DNA from: Octopus sinensis
Taxonomy: Eukaryota
Assembly: GCF_006345805.1 (NCBI RefSeq)
Contig: NW_021832270.1
Coordinates: 9,910-73,909 of the forward strand
Direction of reading: 5' to 3'
Length of the DNA: 64,000 nt
The notes beneath the pieces were generated by a model, which was not told the origin of the DNA, ran no database searches, and was given only the letters and a program-made list of their open reading frames with translations. Positions 13,154 to 26,650 of the stretch are shown here, in pieces (positions within the stretch are counted from its first letter, which is position 1; every line of letters starts with the position of its first letter). Position numbers and translations under genes: made by a program.

Positions 13154-13532
13154 TTAAATACGAAATGAATACATGTCAGACAAACATTGGTTCTTCTTCG
13201 CAATTTTTTTCGGATTCTAGACATCGAGACAAAGAAAATGATATACTAACCTCGAAAATGGCTGGGGGATGGCGCTTACGACACTCTGTTACTAAATTCC
13301 TCAAATACCAAGCAGTGGAGTTTACTTGAACTTTGAATACGCAGACAAGTATTCTGAAACTCTGTCCACTCATCCATTTCACAAGAAGTGAACTTGAACA
13401 ATTTCTCCTGTTCTCATGTCTGTGGTGCATTGAAAATAACAATAATAATAATAATAATAATGATAATAATAATAATAATAATATAATAATAATAATAATA
13501 ATGATAATAATAATAATAATAATAGTAATCAC

Positions 13533-14015
13533 CATCATCATCATTTAGCGTCTGCTTTCCATGCTAGCATGGGTTGGACGGTTCAACTGGGGTCTGGGAA
13601 GCCGGAAGGCTGCACCAGGCCCAGTCTGATCTGGCAATGTTTCTACGGCTGGATGCCCTTCCTAACGCCAACCACTCCGTGAGTGTAGTGGGTGCTTTTT
13701 ATGTGCCACTGGCACAGGTGCCAGATGGGGCTGGCAAACGGCTACGATCGGATGGTGCTTTTTCCGGGCCACCGGCACGGGGGCCAGGTGAAGCTGGCAA
13801 ACGGCCACGATCGGATGGTGCTTTTTACGTGTCACCGGCACGGGGGCCAGGCGAGGCTGGCAACGGCCACGATCGGATGGTGCTTTTTACGTGCCACCGG
13901 CACAGGGGCCAGGTGAGGCTGGCAAACGGCCACGATCGGATAGTGCTTTTTACGTGCCGCCGGCACTGGTATCATAGCTACAATTTCCATTGATGTTGAT
14001 CGATTTCGATTTTGA
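13533..14015 (-). mobile_element. SINE-like family C with about 4 diverged internal units
   Basis: Reverse complement of the family C 3' end; tail at 13533-13545. Confidence 0.75.
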
Positions 14016-14975
14016 TTCTGATTCTCAGTAATATTATTATTATTAATAATAATAATAATAATGATAATAATAATAATAAAAATAGTAATACTAATAAATA
14101 TTTTGCTGCGTAAGCTAAATGCACAGCTTGTCTGAGCGAACAAAATAACAAAGGAAGATGGTAAGAAAGAGAAGAAACGAGATGTGTCTAAGAGTTAAAG
14201 CCTGTTCCACAGTATTGCTTATTGCATTTGGTATCTGCTAAGTTATCGCCGGTCTCTAGTGTTTCTCATCTAGATGTTTGTCTGATATGTATTCATTTCG
14301 TATTTAACTGACATTAAAATCAGCACTCATAAAATTTGATTATAGGAGATAAATAATCTCAGCCACCACGACCACCATCACCACCACGACCACCTCCACT
14401 TCTCCATATGCACACACACACATTCTTTGTCTCTCTCTCTCTCTCTCTCATCCTCTCTTGCATATGCTGTCCCTCTCACACACATTCTGCGTTTGTCTCA
14501 CAGACACACACATTCTTGGTCTCTTTCTCTCTCTCTCTCTCTCTTCCTCTCTTGCATATGCTGTCTCTCTCACACGCATCCTGCGTTTGTCTCACAGACA
14601 CACTCTTTGTCTCTCTCTCTCTCACACACACTCACACACATGCTGTCTCTGTCTCTCTCACACGCATACATACAATTCCTCTGTCTATCTCACCCCCCTC
14701 TCTCTGTTTGTTTCTCTCTCTCTCTCTTTCGCTTATACACACTTTCTGTCTTTCTCTCTTTCTTTGTCTCTGTCTCTCATACACCCTCTGTCTCTCACTC
14801 ACTCTATCTCTCTCTCTTAGGTAGTGGTGTGAGAGGAAAGATAGAGTGAGAGAGGTGGGAGAAGGGAAAGACTTAAATTCTAAATTTCTTCAGGTAGATC
14901 AGATGTGTATGTATGTGTGTATATACGTGTATATATATATATATGTGTATGTATATGTGTATATATGTGTATATA

Positions 14976-15007
<32 letters not shown>

Positions 15008-16089
15008 ATGTGTATATATATGGTGTGTGTGTGTGTATGTATGTGCGTGTATATATATATATATGCACAGATATGTGTGCGTGTGTGTATAAATTCATAC
15101 ATATATGTGTATGTTTGTACACACACACATATTTATGTATGTGGATGGATGTATGTAGTTGTTGTTGTTGTTGGTGAAGGTTGTAGGAAGATAATGTGGG
15201 GAAAGTGGAAACAAACAAGTAAACAAACAAACCAATAAACAAGTAAAAAAAAAATTTAAACAAATTAGGTATATTACCATCGTAAGAAAAGTGCTATTAG
15301 TTATGATAAAATTCAATTTCTTGGTCGGTTGTGGTGGCGGCAGGTGGAAGTGGGGAGTCGAAGAAGTTAGGAAGAAAAAAAAAGAAAAATTGGAAAAAAA
15401 AATAACAAAAATAAGAAATAAAATAGAAGGAAAAAAGAAAAATGAAAGGAAGAAAATTCACTTTTAACTAAACCTCAGAGTTGTTCTTTTTTTTTTTTTT
15501 TGAAAATTTTTGTATTATTATTATTATTATTATTGTTATTATTATTATTATTTTTATGTTTTGAAACTTTATCTGTTCTTGCGAATAAATTGGATTTTGG
15601 AATGTCATGAAACTGGAAAGATAATAATAGTAAAAACAGAAAGTAGGAGAACATGATGATGATGATGATGATGGTGATTGATTATATAATATTAATGATG
15701 ATGATGAGGATGAAAAATTTGGTTATGAATTCCAAAATGAGTTAAGCAAAGTAATATGAATGTATGTATGTTTTGTGTAGTACACGTGAAATGTCTGTGT
15801 TGTGTTGAGAATTAGTCTAGCACCAGGGACCCATATTTAATCAGTTCTGTAGGGGTTAGATTAACATATTACTGTCTGTCTGTTTAATGATGGAGAAAGA
15901 AATAAGTCATCTTCGATTTTTTTTTTCTTTTCTTTTCTTTCACAAAGGCTATGATGAGATAATGAGGAAACATAGTCACTTGATCTGCTAGAAACAATAG
16001 TTATATGTCCCTTACAGTATATATGTTGTTATATGTTGGCATCCTTTTTGTCTCGGGAGACAATGGAGTTGCGCATAAAATAATCTTGT

Positions 16090-16640
16090 CCGGCTTTTAC
16101 ATTTCATGTCCTAATACATTTCCTGCAGTGGCTGTGTAGTCCTTCCTATCCTGGACAAACACTCCCTCTGGCAGGTGCCGCAAATGTAGCGAAGACTGTT
16201 CCTGGCTGGTTGTAATGTCATAGTTTCTTGTTGACGTCTTTTCTTGTCTTTCCATTTCTCCCCTCTCTCTCTCTGTCACTCCTTTGTGTTCCCTCTTTTA
16301 CGGTACGTCGCCAATCTCCACGGTTGCTGGCAACTGCTTCCCAATTGCTAATATTGATGTTGCAGGCCTTCATGTCCCTTTTGCAAACATCCTTGTAACG
16401 TAAGAACGGTCTTCCCACAGACCTAGTACTCCTAGCAAGCTCTCCGTAGAGTATGTCCTTGGGGATTCTGCCATCTTTCATACGGCTAACATGCCCAAGC
16501 CATCTCATACGTCTTTGTGTTAGGAGTGCAAACATGCTTGGTATTCCTGCTTGCTTGAGGACATCTTTGTTGGGGACATGATTCTGCCATTTTATGCGAA
16601 GGATTTTCTGGAGGCAGCGCAGGTGAAAGACCCCATTTAT
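16090..16640 (-). mobile_element. RTE-clade LINE 3' fragment (ORF2 C-terminus)
   Basis: FHLRCLQKILRIKWQNHVPNKDVL...QRRMRWLGHVSRMKDGRIPKDILYGEL...GRPFLRYKDVCKRDMK. Confidence 0.9.
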
Positions 16641-16800
16641 AGGAAGCAATATATCAAAGTTATTGAGCTCACCCTCTGACTGAAGACTTGGTTGGCCTGA
16701 ATGCTTGCTGTAGAGCAAATCCTATTAAAAGCACTTGGAGTGGGGTGTGTGGAGGGGTTAAATTAAGTGAGGTATTAAGTCTACCACCAAAAATCCAGTA

Positions 16801-18630
16801 CAAGCCATCCAATGGTCATCTGCAGAGTTGACGGTATGTAAAAGTCAGGTGTAGCATTTAAATCAGGTGAAACATTACATCTATGACCCAAGAACATGTA
16901 CTAGCTATCCAATGGTCTTCTGCAGAGTTGGTGGTATGTAAAAGTCAGGTGTAGCATTTAAATCAGGTGAAACATTACGTCTATGACCCAAGAACATGTA
17001 CTAGCTATCCAATGGTCTTCTGCAGAGTGGTGGTATGTAAAAGTCAGGTGTAGCATTTAAATCAGGTGAAACATTACGTCTATGACCCAAGAACATGTAC
17101 TAGCTATCCAATGGTCTTCTGCAGAGTTGGTGGTATGTAAAAGTCAGGTGTAGCATTTAAATCAGGTGAAACATTACATCTATGACCCAAGAACATGTAC
17201 TAGCTATCCAATGGTCTTCTGCAGAGTTGGTGGTATGTAAAAGTCAGGTGTAGCATTTAAATCAGGTGAAACATTACATCTATGACCCAAGAACATGTAC
17301 TAGCTATCCAATGGTCTTCTGCAGAGTTGACGGTATGTAAAAGTCAGGTGTAGCATTTAAATCAGGTGAAACATTACATCTATGACCCAAGAACATGTAC
17401 TAGCTATCCAATGGTCTTCTGCAGAGTTGATGGTATGTAAAAGTCAGGTGTAGCATTTAAATCAGGTGAAACATTACGTCTATGACCCAAGAACATGTAG
17501 TAGCTATCCAATGGTCTTCTGCAGAGTTGATGGTATGTAAAAGTCAGGTGGTAGCATTTAAATCAGGTGTGAAACATTACGTCTATGACCCAAGAACATG
17601 TAGTAGCTATCCAATGGTCTTCTGCAGAGTTGATGGTATGTAAAAGTCAGGTGTAGCATTTAAATCAGGTGAAACATTACGTCTATGACCCAAGAACATG
17701 TACTAGCTATCCAATGGTCTTCTGCAGAGTTGACGGTATGTAAAAGTCAGGTGTAGCATTTAAATCAGGTGAAACATTACGTCTATGACCCAAGAACATG
17801 TAGTAGCTATCCAATGGTCTTCTGCAGAGTTGATGGTATGTAAAAGTCAGGTGTAGCATTTAAATCAGGTGAAACATTATGTCTATGACCCAAGAACATG
17901 TACTAGCTATCCAATGGTCTTCTGCAGAGTTGATGGTATGTAAAAGTCAGGTGTAGCATTTAAATCAGGTGAAACATTACGTCTATGACCCAAGAACATG
18001 TACTAGCTATCCAATGGTCTTCTGCAGAGTTGATGGTATGTAAAAGTCAGGTGTAGCATTTAATCAGGTGAAACATTACGTCTATGACCCAAGAACATGT
18101 AGTAGCTATCCAATGGTCTTCTGCAGAGTTGATGGTATGTAAAAGTCAGGTGTAGCATTTAAATCAGGTGAAACATTACGTCTATGACCCAAGAACATGT
18201 ACTAGCTATCCAATGGTCTTCTGCAGAGTTGACGGTATGTAAAAGTCAGGTGTAGCATTTAAATCAGGTGAAACATTACGTCTATGACCCAAAACATGTA
18301 CTAGCTATCCAATGGTCTTCTGCAGAGTTGATGGTATGTAAAAGTCAGGTGTAGCATTTAAATCAGGTGAAACATTATGTCTATGACCCAAGAACATGTA
18401 CTAGCTATCCAATGGTCTTCTGCAGAGTTGATGGTATGTAAAAGTCAGGTGTAGCATTTAAATCAGGTGAAACATTACGTCTATGACCCAAGAACATGTA
18501 CTAGCTATCCAATGGTCTTCTGCAGAGTTGATGGTATGTAAAAGTCAGGTAGGTGTAGCATTTAAATCAGGTGAAACATTACATCTATGACCCAAGAACA
18601 TGTACTGGCCATCTGATTGTCTTCTGCAGT
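16801..18630. repeat. 100-bp-unit tandem array, 18 full copies plus a degenerate partial
   Basis: Unit TAGCTATCCAATGGTCTTCTGCAGAGTTGATGGTATGTAAAAGTCAGGTGTAGCATTTAAATCAGGTGAAACATTACGTCTATGACCCAAGAACATGTAC recurs every ~100 bp. Confidence 0.95.
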
Positions 18631-20192
18631 GTTTCCACATCTCCAGTTTCATTCCCTAGGCATATTTCTAGTCATTTGTATTTGTGGTGGCATTCATCTG
18701 GAATGGGTGGAGCTGGCTCTGAACAACGAGTTCACTACGTCCGTCATGAATGCTGACCACATCTGACAGACACCTGCTGTTGAAGTTGCCCAACATCTTG
18801 GCATTTTAGCAGGCAAAGTAATGCATCTGTTTGAGGCCCAAATATCCAGCTTGTAAATTTTACACATGCCCCACTGGGAGACCAAGCGCATTAGACAGTG
18901 GGGACCCTGGAGCTGTATTCATCATGTAGCTTAGTGGTTAGGGTGTTGCACTCACGGTCTAAAGATCATGGTTTCAATTCCATGGACCAGGCAGTGCATT
19001 GTGTTCTTTAGAAAAACACTTTATTTCACATTATTCCAGTTGACTCAGCAATGGATTGGCATCCTGTTCAGGGGGAATGTTCTGATTTGAGTCATATTTA
19101 TGCGATGGAAACTGGGTTACTAGTCTTGTTAGTCCTAGCACTCGAGACAGTAACAACCACTGCTTGATGAAGATGAGCTTCACTCACGAAGCCTGTACAA
19201 TAAGAAGTTATGTTAGAAGGCATTTTGCCACAGTGCCAAGACTGAGGGACCATACCTGGGGGACTATACCTGGAAACACAAGATCAAAATGGACTTCTTA
19301 AACGCATGGTCACGTGCGGTGTGCAACTATGTGTACATATTATTAACCTTTGGTTTTTATCAATTTCTTTTGTGCCTCTGTTATTTTGCCATTCACTAGC
19401 ATTTTATTGCGACGTCCAGGAATGTTGATTCAGACTCAAGTGATGTTTATATACTGGAAGACACTTGAGCAAAGAAAAAAAAAAAGAAAGAAAAGAAACA
19501 AGAAATTGTTCATTGTCTTTTTGTTCTTGCATTAGTAAAGAAACCAGATATTGATATATTTGAGTATTAACTTGTTTTTTCTGTGTATTGTCCTCATTCT
19601 TTAGAAAATTTCTTTAGAAAAAATACAAAATAAAATTACTTATTCTATGCTAAACATTTTCTCGTTTACCGAAAAATACCACCTGCAGTCTTTTGTAATT
19701 GTTTATTTTTTTCTGGTAAATAATATTCTTAAGTTATGTTGGAGTAATTCGATTTTTGTAGATTTTATTCAGAGGGGAACGTGTCAATTTTATTTTATTG
19801 TTTACTTTTAAGAAAAGAAAATATGAAATGTGTGGATGATGTTTGCTGCTGCATAATTTTTAAGTCTTCTGGGAATGAATGTGGGGGATGGGCGGAAGCT
19901 GGAGGAAAGAAAGAAAGAAAGAAATCAGTGAAGTGGGTAATGATGTGTTGGATGAGGGGCTTCAGCCTGCCAGGAAAATAAAGGGCAGGGACCGGGGCAG
20001 AGAAAGAGAGAGTAGGTTACTGGGGCATTAAAAGGTATTCTTTCCATTCAAAATTTGTCACATCTCAAAATAGGGGCCATGAAATATAATTTTCAAATGT
20101 GGTCATGAAATATTCTCTTCTACTGAAATTTTGTGGGAAGGGGGTCCAGCCGATTAGATCAACCCCAGTATGCAACTGGTATCTAATTTATT

Positions 20193-20429
20193 ATATAAGG
20201 CGGTGAGCTGGCAGAAACGTTAGCACGCCGGGCGAAATGCGCAGCCGTATTTCGTCTGCCGCTACGTTCTGAGTTCAAATTCCATCGAGGTCGACTTTGC
20301 CTTTCATCCTTTCGTGGTCGATTAAATAAGTACCAGTTACGCACTGTGGTCGATATAATTGGCTTAATCCATTTGTCTGTCCTTGCTTGTCCTCTCTGTG
20401 TTTAGCCCCTTGTGGGTAGTAAAGAAATA
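20193..20429 (+). mobile_element. SINE family B inserted antisense into an older B-like copy (about 20140-20515)
   Basis: 15-bp duplication GGTAT(C/T)TAATTTATT at 20178-20192 and 20430-20444. Confidence 0.75.
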
Positions 20430-20790
20430 GGTATTTAATTTATTGACCCTGAAAGGATGAAAGGCAAAGTCGACCTCGGTGGAATCTGAACTCAGGATGT
20501 AAAGACAGACGAAATAGTAATATTATTAATAATCTTTTCTACTCTAGGCACAAAGGCCGAAATTTTTGGGGTGGAGGGTGGGGACAATCAATTAGATCAA
20601 CCCCAGTGTGCAACTGGTACTTAATTTATCAACCCCAGAAGAATGAAAGGCAAAGATGATCTTGGTGGAATTTGAACCCAGAATATAATGATGGGCAAAA
20701 TACCACTGAGCATATTACTCGGCATGCTAACAATTCTGCCAGCTCATTGCAACAATAATAAAAATAATAGTAATAATAATAATAATAATA

Positions 20791-20811
<21 letters not shown>

Positions 20812-20827
<16 letters not shown>

Positions 20828-21965
20828 TGTTTTAATTTTATTTCCTGTAGTACCTGCACATGATTCTGCTTATGTCAGTTCTTTTTGCCTCTGATTGTGT
20901 TTATGTCTGTCAGTCCGTCTGTCTGTCAGTCCGTCTCTCTGTCTGTCTGTCTGTCTAACTCTGTCTGCGTGCCTCCGTGTCTGTCTGTGCAATGAGAGAG
21001 AGAGCAACGTCTGGACTTTTCGAGACAAACAAAAACTAAAAGATAAAAAAAAAAAACAAAAAGGAAAAGAAAGAAAGAAAATAATCGATAAATTTTTCTT
21101 TCTTTTCTCTTCTCTCTTTCCTTCCTTTTTTTCCTTTTCCTTTCTTTCCTCCTCTTCCTCGACCCCCCCCCCCCACACTGCACCTCTTTTGCTTCCAGCT
21201 CTTTCCACTCAATTTACAAAACCCCCCAAATTCACCATTTTAAGTACCTGCAGTTGTTATCAGCAGCAATCTAAGACTTATTTAACGCAAACTCTGATAA
21301 AGAAAAAAAAAAAAAACTTTGTTTCCTTTAAACTAGCTGGTAAAATCAAGGAGACAAACAACAACGACAATAATAATGATAATAATAATAATAATAATGT
21401 TTTAATTTTATTTCCTGTAGTACCTGCACATGATTCTGCTTATGTCAGTTCTTTTGCCTCTGATTGTGTTTATGTCTGTCAGTCCGTCTGTCTGTCAGTC
21501 CGTCTCTCTGTCTGTCTGTCTGTCTAACTCTGTCTGCGTGCCTCCGTGTCTGTCTGTGCAATGAGAGAGAGAGCAACGTCTGGACTTTTCGAGACAAACA
21601 AAAACTAAAAGATAAAAAAAAAAAACAAAAAGGAAAAGAAAGAAAGAAAATAATCGATAAATTTTTCTTCTTTTCTCTTCTCTCTTTCCTTCCTTTTTTT
21701 CCTTTTCCTTTCTTTCCTCCTCTTCCTCGACCCCCCCCCCCCACACTGCACCTCTTTTGCTTCCAGCTCTTTCCACTCAATTTACAAAACCCCCCAAATT
21801 CACCATTTTAAGTACCTGCAGTTGTTATCAGCAGCAATCTAAGACTTATTTAACGCAAACTCTGATAAAGAAAAAAAAAAAAAACTTTGTTTCCTTTAAA
21901 CTAGCTGGTAAAATCAAGGAGACAAACAACAACGACAATAATAATGATAATAATAATAATAATGA
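20812..21965. repeat. Near-identical ~569-bp tandem duplication bounded by (AAT)n
   Basis: ORF track repeats at an offset of 568-569 (20895 versus 21464). Confidence 0.9.
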
Positions 21966-22134
21966 TAATATTTGTGAAGAACCAACTAAACTTGTATAGA
22001 GCTATTAGTATCTGGTAAAAATCAATAGGACAATTCTTCAAAATGAAACTAAAAATCCATCTTAACTGTAAGCACCTTCCTTTCTATACTGTTGCAGCTG
22101 CTGCTGCTGCTGCTACTACTACTACTACTACTGT

Positions 22135-22178
<44 letters not shown>

Positions 22179-22389
22179 AGTTTCTACTCGATTTTTTTTG
22201 CCATCAGAAAAATGCATGTGTCTATGTAAGTGTATGAATATGTGTGATTGTGTCTATCTATGAATGTATATAAGTCTGTGTGTGTGGGTGGGTGGTTGGT
22301 GGGGTATACTTTCATTAAAAGGACAATACTCTGCCTTTGGTATTCAAGTACTATTTTCTCAAGTTTGTTTTGCATTTATGTGCTTCCTT

Positions 22390-23010
<621 letters not shown>

Positions 23011-23819
23011 GCACTGGTGGTGCCCCAGCATGGTCACAGCTTCAAGGCTGAAACATATAAAAGAATAAAAGAATGCATACACACATACAAACATGCTTGT
23101 GTGTGTGGTGTGTGGGTATGTGTATGTATATATATATAAATAAATGTCTGTTTACCTGTTTGTGTATGTATATATGTGTGTGTGTGTGTCGACAAAGTGT
23201 GTGTGTATGTATAAGACCCGGCAAGCCAAATGAAACCATAATCTCGTGGCCTATGCCAGGGGCGTAACCAGCCCACTTATGCGTACCTTTTTCTTCTTTG
23301 GACACTAAAATTCTGGTTGCAAAGACCTGTTGAGGCAAGTGAAATCAATCAATCAAAAGCAAAATCAAAATCAAAATTAAATTCGATGACTGGCGTCCGT
23401 GCTAGCTGGCTGCAAAGAGCACCATACGAGCATGATCATTGACAGAGCGGCTAACCGGCTTCCGTGCCAGTGGCACATAAAAGGCCCCATTCGAGCATGG
23501 TCGTTACCAGCATTGCTTTATTGGCACTTGTGCCCGTGCTAGTAGGGTGCCAAAACATTATATGGTGATGATGATGATGAATATCAAACTAATTTGTTTT
23601 TTAGTTTGATATACCATGTGGGCAGTGCCTGAAGATTGTGCTGAGATACCTCACGTTAAAAATACTGTCTAGCATGCTCCCATCACATGAAACTAATTGT
23701 AGCACAAAAAACATATACTGTGTTTATTAAATAATACTTATCTCTCACCAGCTAAAGTCCTGTTTTTGTTGATCTTATCATCATGGAACTGTACATTTTA
23801 TATATATATATATATATAT

Positions 23820-24390
23820 CATCATCATCATCATTTAACGTCCGCTTTCCATGCTAGCATGGGTTGGACGGTTCAACTGGGGTCTGGGGAGCCCGAAAGC
23901 TGCACCAGTCCAGTCAGATCTGGCAGTGTTTCTACAGCTGGATGCCCTTCCTAACGCCAACCACTCCGAGAGTGTAGTGGGTGATTTTATGTGCCACCGA
24001 CACAGGTGCCAGACGAGGCTGGCAAACGGCCACGCTCGGATGGTGTTTTTTATGTGCCACCGACACAGGTGCCAGACGAGGCTGGCAGACGGCCACGCTC
24101 GGATGGTGTTTTTTATGTGCCACCGACACAGGTGCCAGGCGAGGCTGGCAGACGGCCACGCTCGGATGGTGTTTTTTATGTGCCACCGACACAGGTGCCA
24201 GACGAGGCTGGCAGACGGCCACGCTCGGATGGTGTTTTTTATGTGCCACCGACACAGGTGCCAGACGAGGCTGGCAGACGGCCACGCTCGGATGGTGTTT
24301 TTTATGTGCCACCGACACAGGTGCCAGACGAGGCTGGCAGACGGCCACGCTCGGATGGTGTTTTTATGTGCCACCGACACAGGTGCCAGA
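23820..24390 (-). mobile_element. SINE-like family C with 6 near-identical 63-bp units plus a partial
   Basis: GTGCCAC starts at 23991, 24054, 24117, 24180, 24243, 24306 and 24369. Confidence 0.85.
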
Positions 24391-24879
24391 CATATATATA
24401 TATGCATATAACAGTAGATGTAAACACATTTTTGTAACTTACATAAACACTCACATATTAGACATACATGTATACCTACATGCACTACAGTCTGTATCTG
24501 AAAGCGTCTCTCTCTTTGCTGTAATTCGACTCTGCAAGTGTAATTCCTTGAATGAACACAAAGGTTCAACAAGGAAACACTCGAGAATTTCACCCATCCC
24601 CAACCTTTTACCATCTAGGACCATACACTATTAAATCATCTTTCATTGACATTGTTTTCTCTTCTTCCTCCCCCATCTTCACAACAAAGACTCCTTCAGA
24701 TCTATCGCATTTGGCTTTAATCTCCAAATAGAATTCTCTGCTCAAGTGTAAATCCAACAGCCAGTGTGTGCCGAATGTCATTACCTAATACAAACTGTCC
24801 GACCCATGTCAGCATGGATGTTAAATGATGATGATGATATATGAGCCAGCCGCCATAATTGACTGCTAGCCACTAAAGC

Positions 24880-25040
24880 TTTATTTTTATTCTCTGTCTG
24901 TTTATTTTCTTGTGTTCTTTTCTGTTGAAGAGCCTAGGCTCGAAACGTAAAAGACTTTCTCACTTTCCCGAGTGTTAAACTAATACACCTCTTTGTATTT
25001 TATACATGTGTCTTTGTCTTTTGTTTTCTTGTGAACCACC
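24880..25040 (+). mobile_element. Repeat with a non-canonical hammerhead-like motif (second copy 39845-40025)
   Basis: CTGTTGA-A-GAGC CTAG GCTC-GAAA-CGT-A-AAAG at 24922-24953. Confidence 0.45.
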
Positions 25041-25890
25041 TATTGATGCCATCCATTTTCTTAATGCTATATATATATATATATATAAACCATGCTCTAC
25101 TAAGTAGATTTTTTCACTGGCAGTGCCCAAGTATGGCCACAAGCCTAGGGCTGAAACATGTAGAAGAATACAAGAATAAAGTACTTTGACCTACATGGGG
25201 AGAGAGAAAGTTTGTTATGGCTCAAATAGTCTATTCAAGGAGAACTTTTGTGAGACCCCTTCCATCCATGACAACTCCAACTTTTACTGTGCCTCAGTTA
25301 TACATAATATATCTAGGACAATATTATCTGATGTGTCTTTCCCTTTTTGCTCTTCAGGATAATAAGGAATATAATCTGAGGGAGATTTGACTGCTATTTC
25401 ATGTAGGTTGAGCAAATCATGTGTTGCCTTCCTCTTTCATATTTTCTCTGAAGTTGTTTACATCAAATAAGGAGCAGGTAGAGGGGGAGGAAGAGGAGGA
25501 GGTGAATATGTGAGTATTTTCTTGATACTAGGCCTGGATATGAGTTTAGGAGCTACTTAACAAATTGTATTCCTTGCCCCCCTTTTTTTTCTGAGAGTTC
25601 CTGATAATTGCCATTAGGTTTTTGTTTTCCTTCTCCAACTAAGAGGCACATTTCACATCATTGATTTTTCTTCTTTTTTTTTGGTTTTGTTTTTGTTAAA
25701 TGTGCGGTAAGAAGGTTGCTTCTCAACTGTTTGGTCTCAAGTTCAGTCCTACTGCATGTCCAGCATCTTCTGTTAGGGCCTCAGGCTGACCAAAGCCTTG
25801 TAAGTGGATTTTAATAGATAGAGACTGAAAGAAAGCCATTGTGTGTATATGTGTGTGTATATATATATATATAATATATATATATATATA

Positions 25891-25936
<46 letters not shown>

Positions 25937-25938
<2 letters not shown>

Positions 25939-26228
25939 GAGGTGCAATGGCCCAGTGGTTAGAGCAGTGGACTCACGGTCGTAGGATCGCGATTTCAATT
26001 CCCAGACCGGGCGTTGTGAGTGTTTATTGAGCGAAAACACCTAAAAGCTCCACGACGCTCTGGCAGGGTGTGGTGATCCCCGCTGTACTCTTTCACCACT
26101 CTTTCTCCCACTCTTTCTTCTGTTGGCTTGCTCGCTTAGCCAGCAGGGTGGCGTCATTCAAAGCTAAAACAATGCGAACGCATTGTGACCAGTGATGTGT
26201 AATAACATCTGATGGTCTGGTCGGTCAT

Positions 26229-26232
<4 letters not shown>
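25937..26232 (+). mobile_element. tRNA-derived SINE family D
   Basis: A-box TGGCCCAGTGG and B-box-like ATTTCAATTCC; copies at 40057-40362 and 51958-52262. Confidence 0.75.
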
Positions 26233-26272
<40 letters not shown>

Positions 26273-26650
26273 TATATGTGTGTGTGTGTGTGAGTCTTTG
26301 TGTCTGTTTGTTCCCCACAACTGCATGACAACCAGTGTTGGTGTGTTTACATCTCCATGACTTAGCAGCTCAGCTAGAGACATCGATGGAGTAAGTACCA
26401 GGTTTAAAAAAAAAAAAATCGAAAACAAGTCCTGGAGTTGATTCATTTCATTTAAACCTCTTCAAGGCAGTGCCCCAGCATGGCCGCAGCCTAATGCCCG
26501 ACACAAGTAAAAGAATGCATCCATCATTTAGTACATGACCACCTATCTGAATTTTTGGAATTCATGCCATTGATCACCCATTTGAGTTACCTCCCTTAGA
26601 TCATGCGTAGTAAATTATCTAATATCAAATAAAATTCATTGTTTTTTATA

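Noticed and set aside
13260-13440. Two + strand ORFs joined by an in-frame TGA (possible selenocysteine)
   Set aside because: No selenoprotein motif or SECIS seen; the ORF runs into (AAT)n
16801-18630. Array as CRISPR or as a tandem retrozyme (GAAAC-ATTAC-GTC half motif)
   Set aside because: No unique spacers or cas genes; no CUGANGA with matching helix I on either strand
18690-18900. Possible RTE remnant (KMLGNFNSRCL)
   Set aside because: Match too short to call
23835-24634. 186-259 aa ORFs with 21-aa repeats in five frames
   Set aside because: Caused by a stop-poor 63-bp unit inside a SINE-like element; open in many frames, so uninformative
25937-26010. tRNA-like sequences here and at 12051, 28131, 40057 and 57912
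   Set aside because: SINE heads continuing into repeat bodies; no complete cloverleaf
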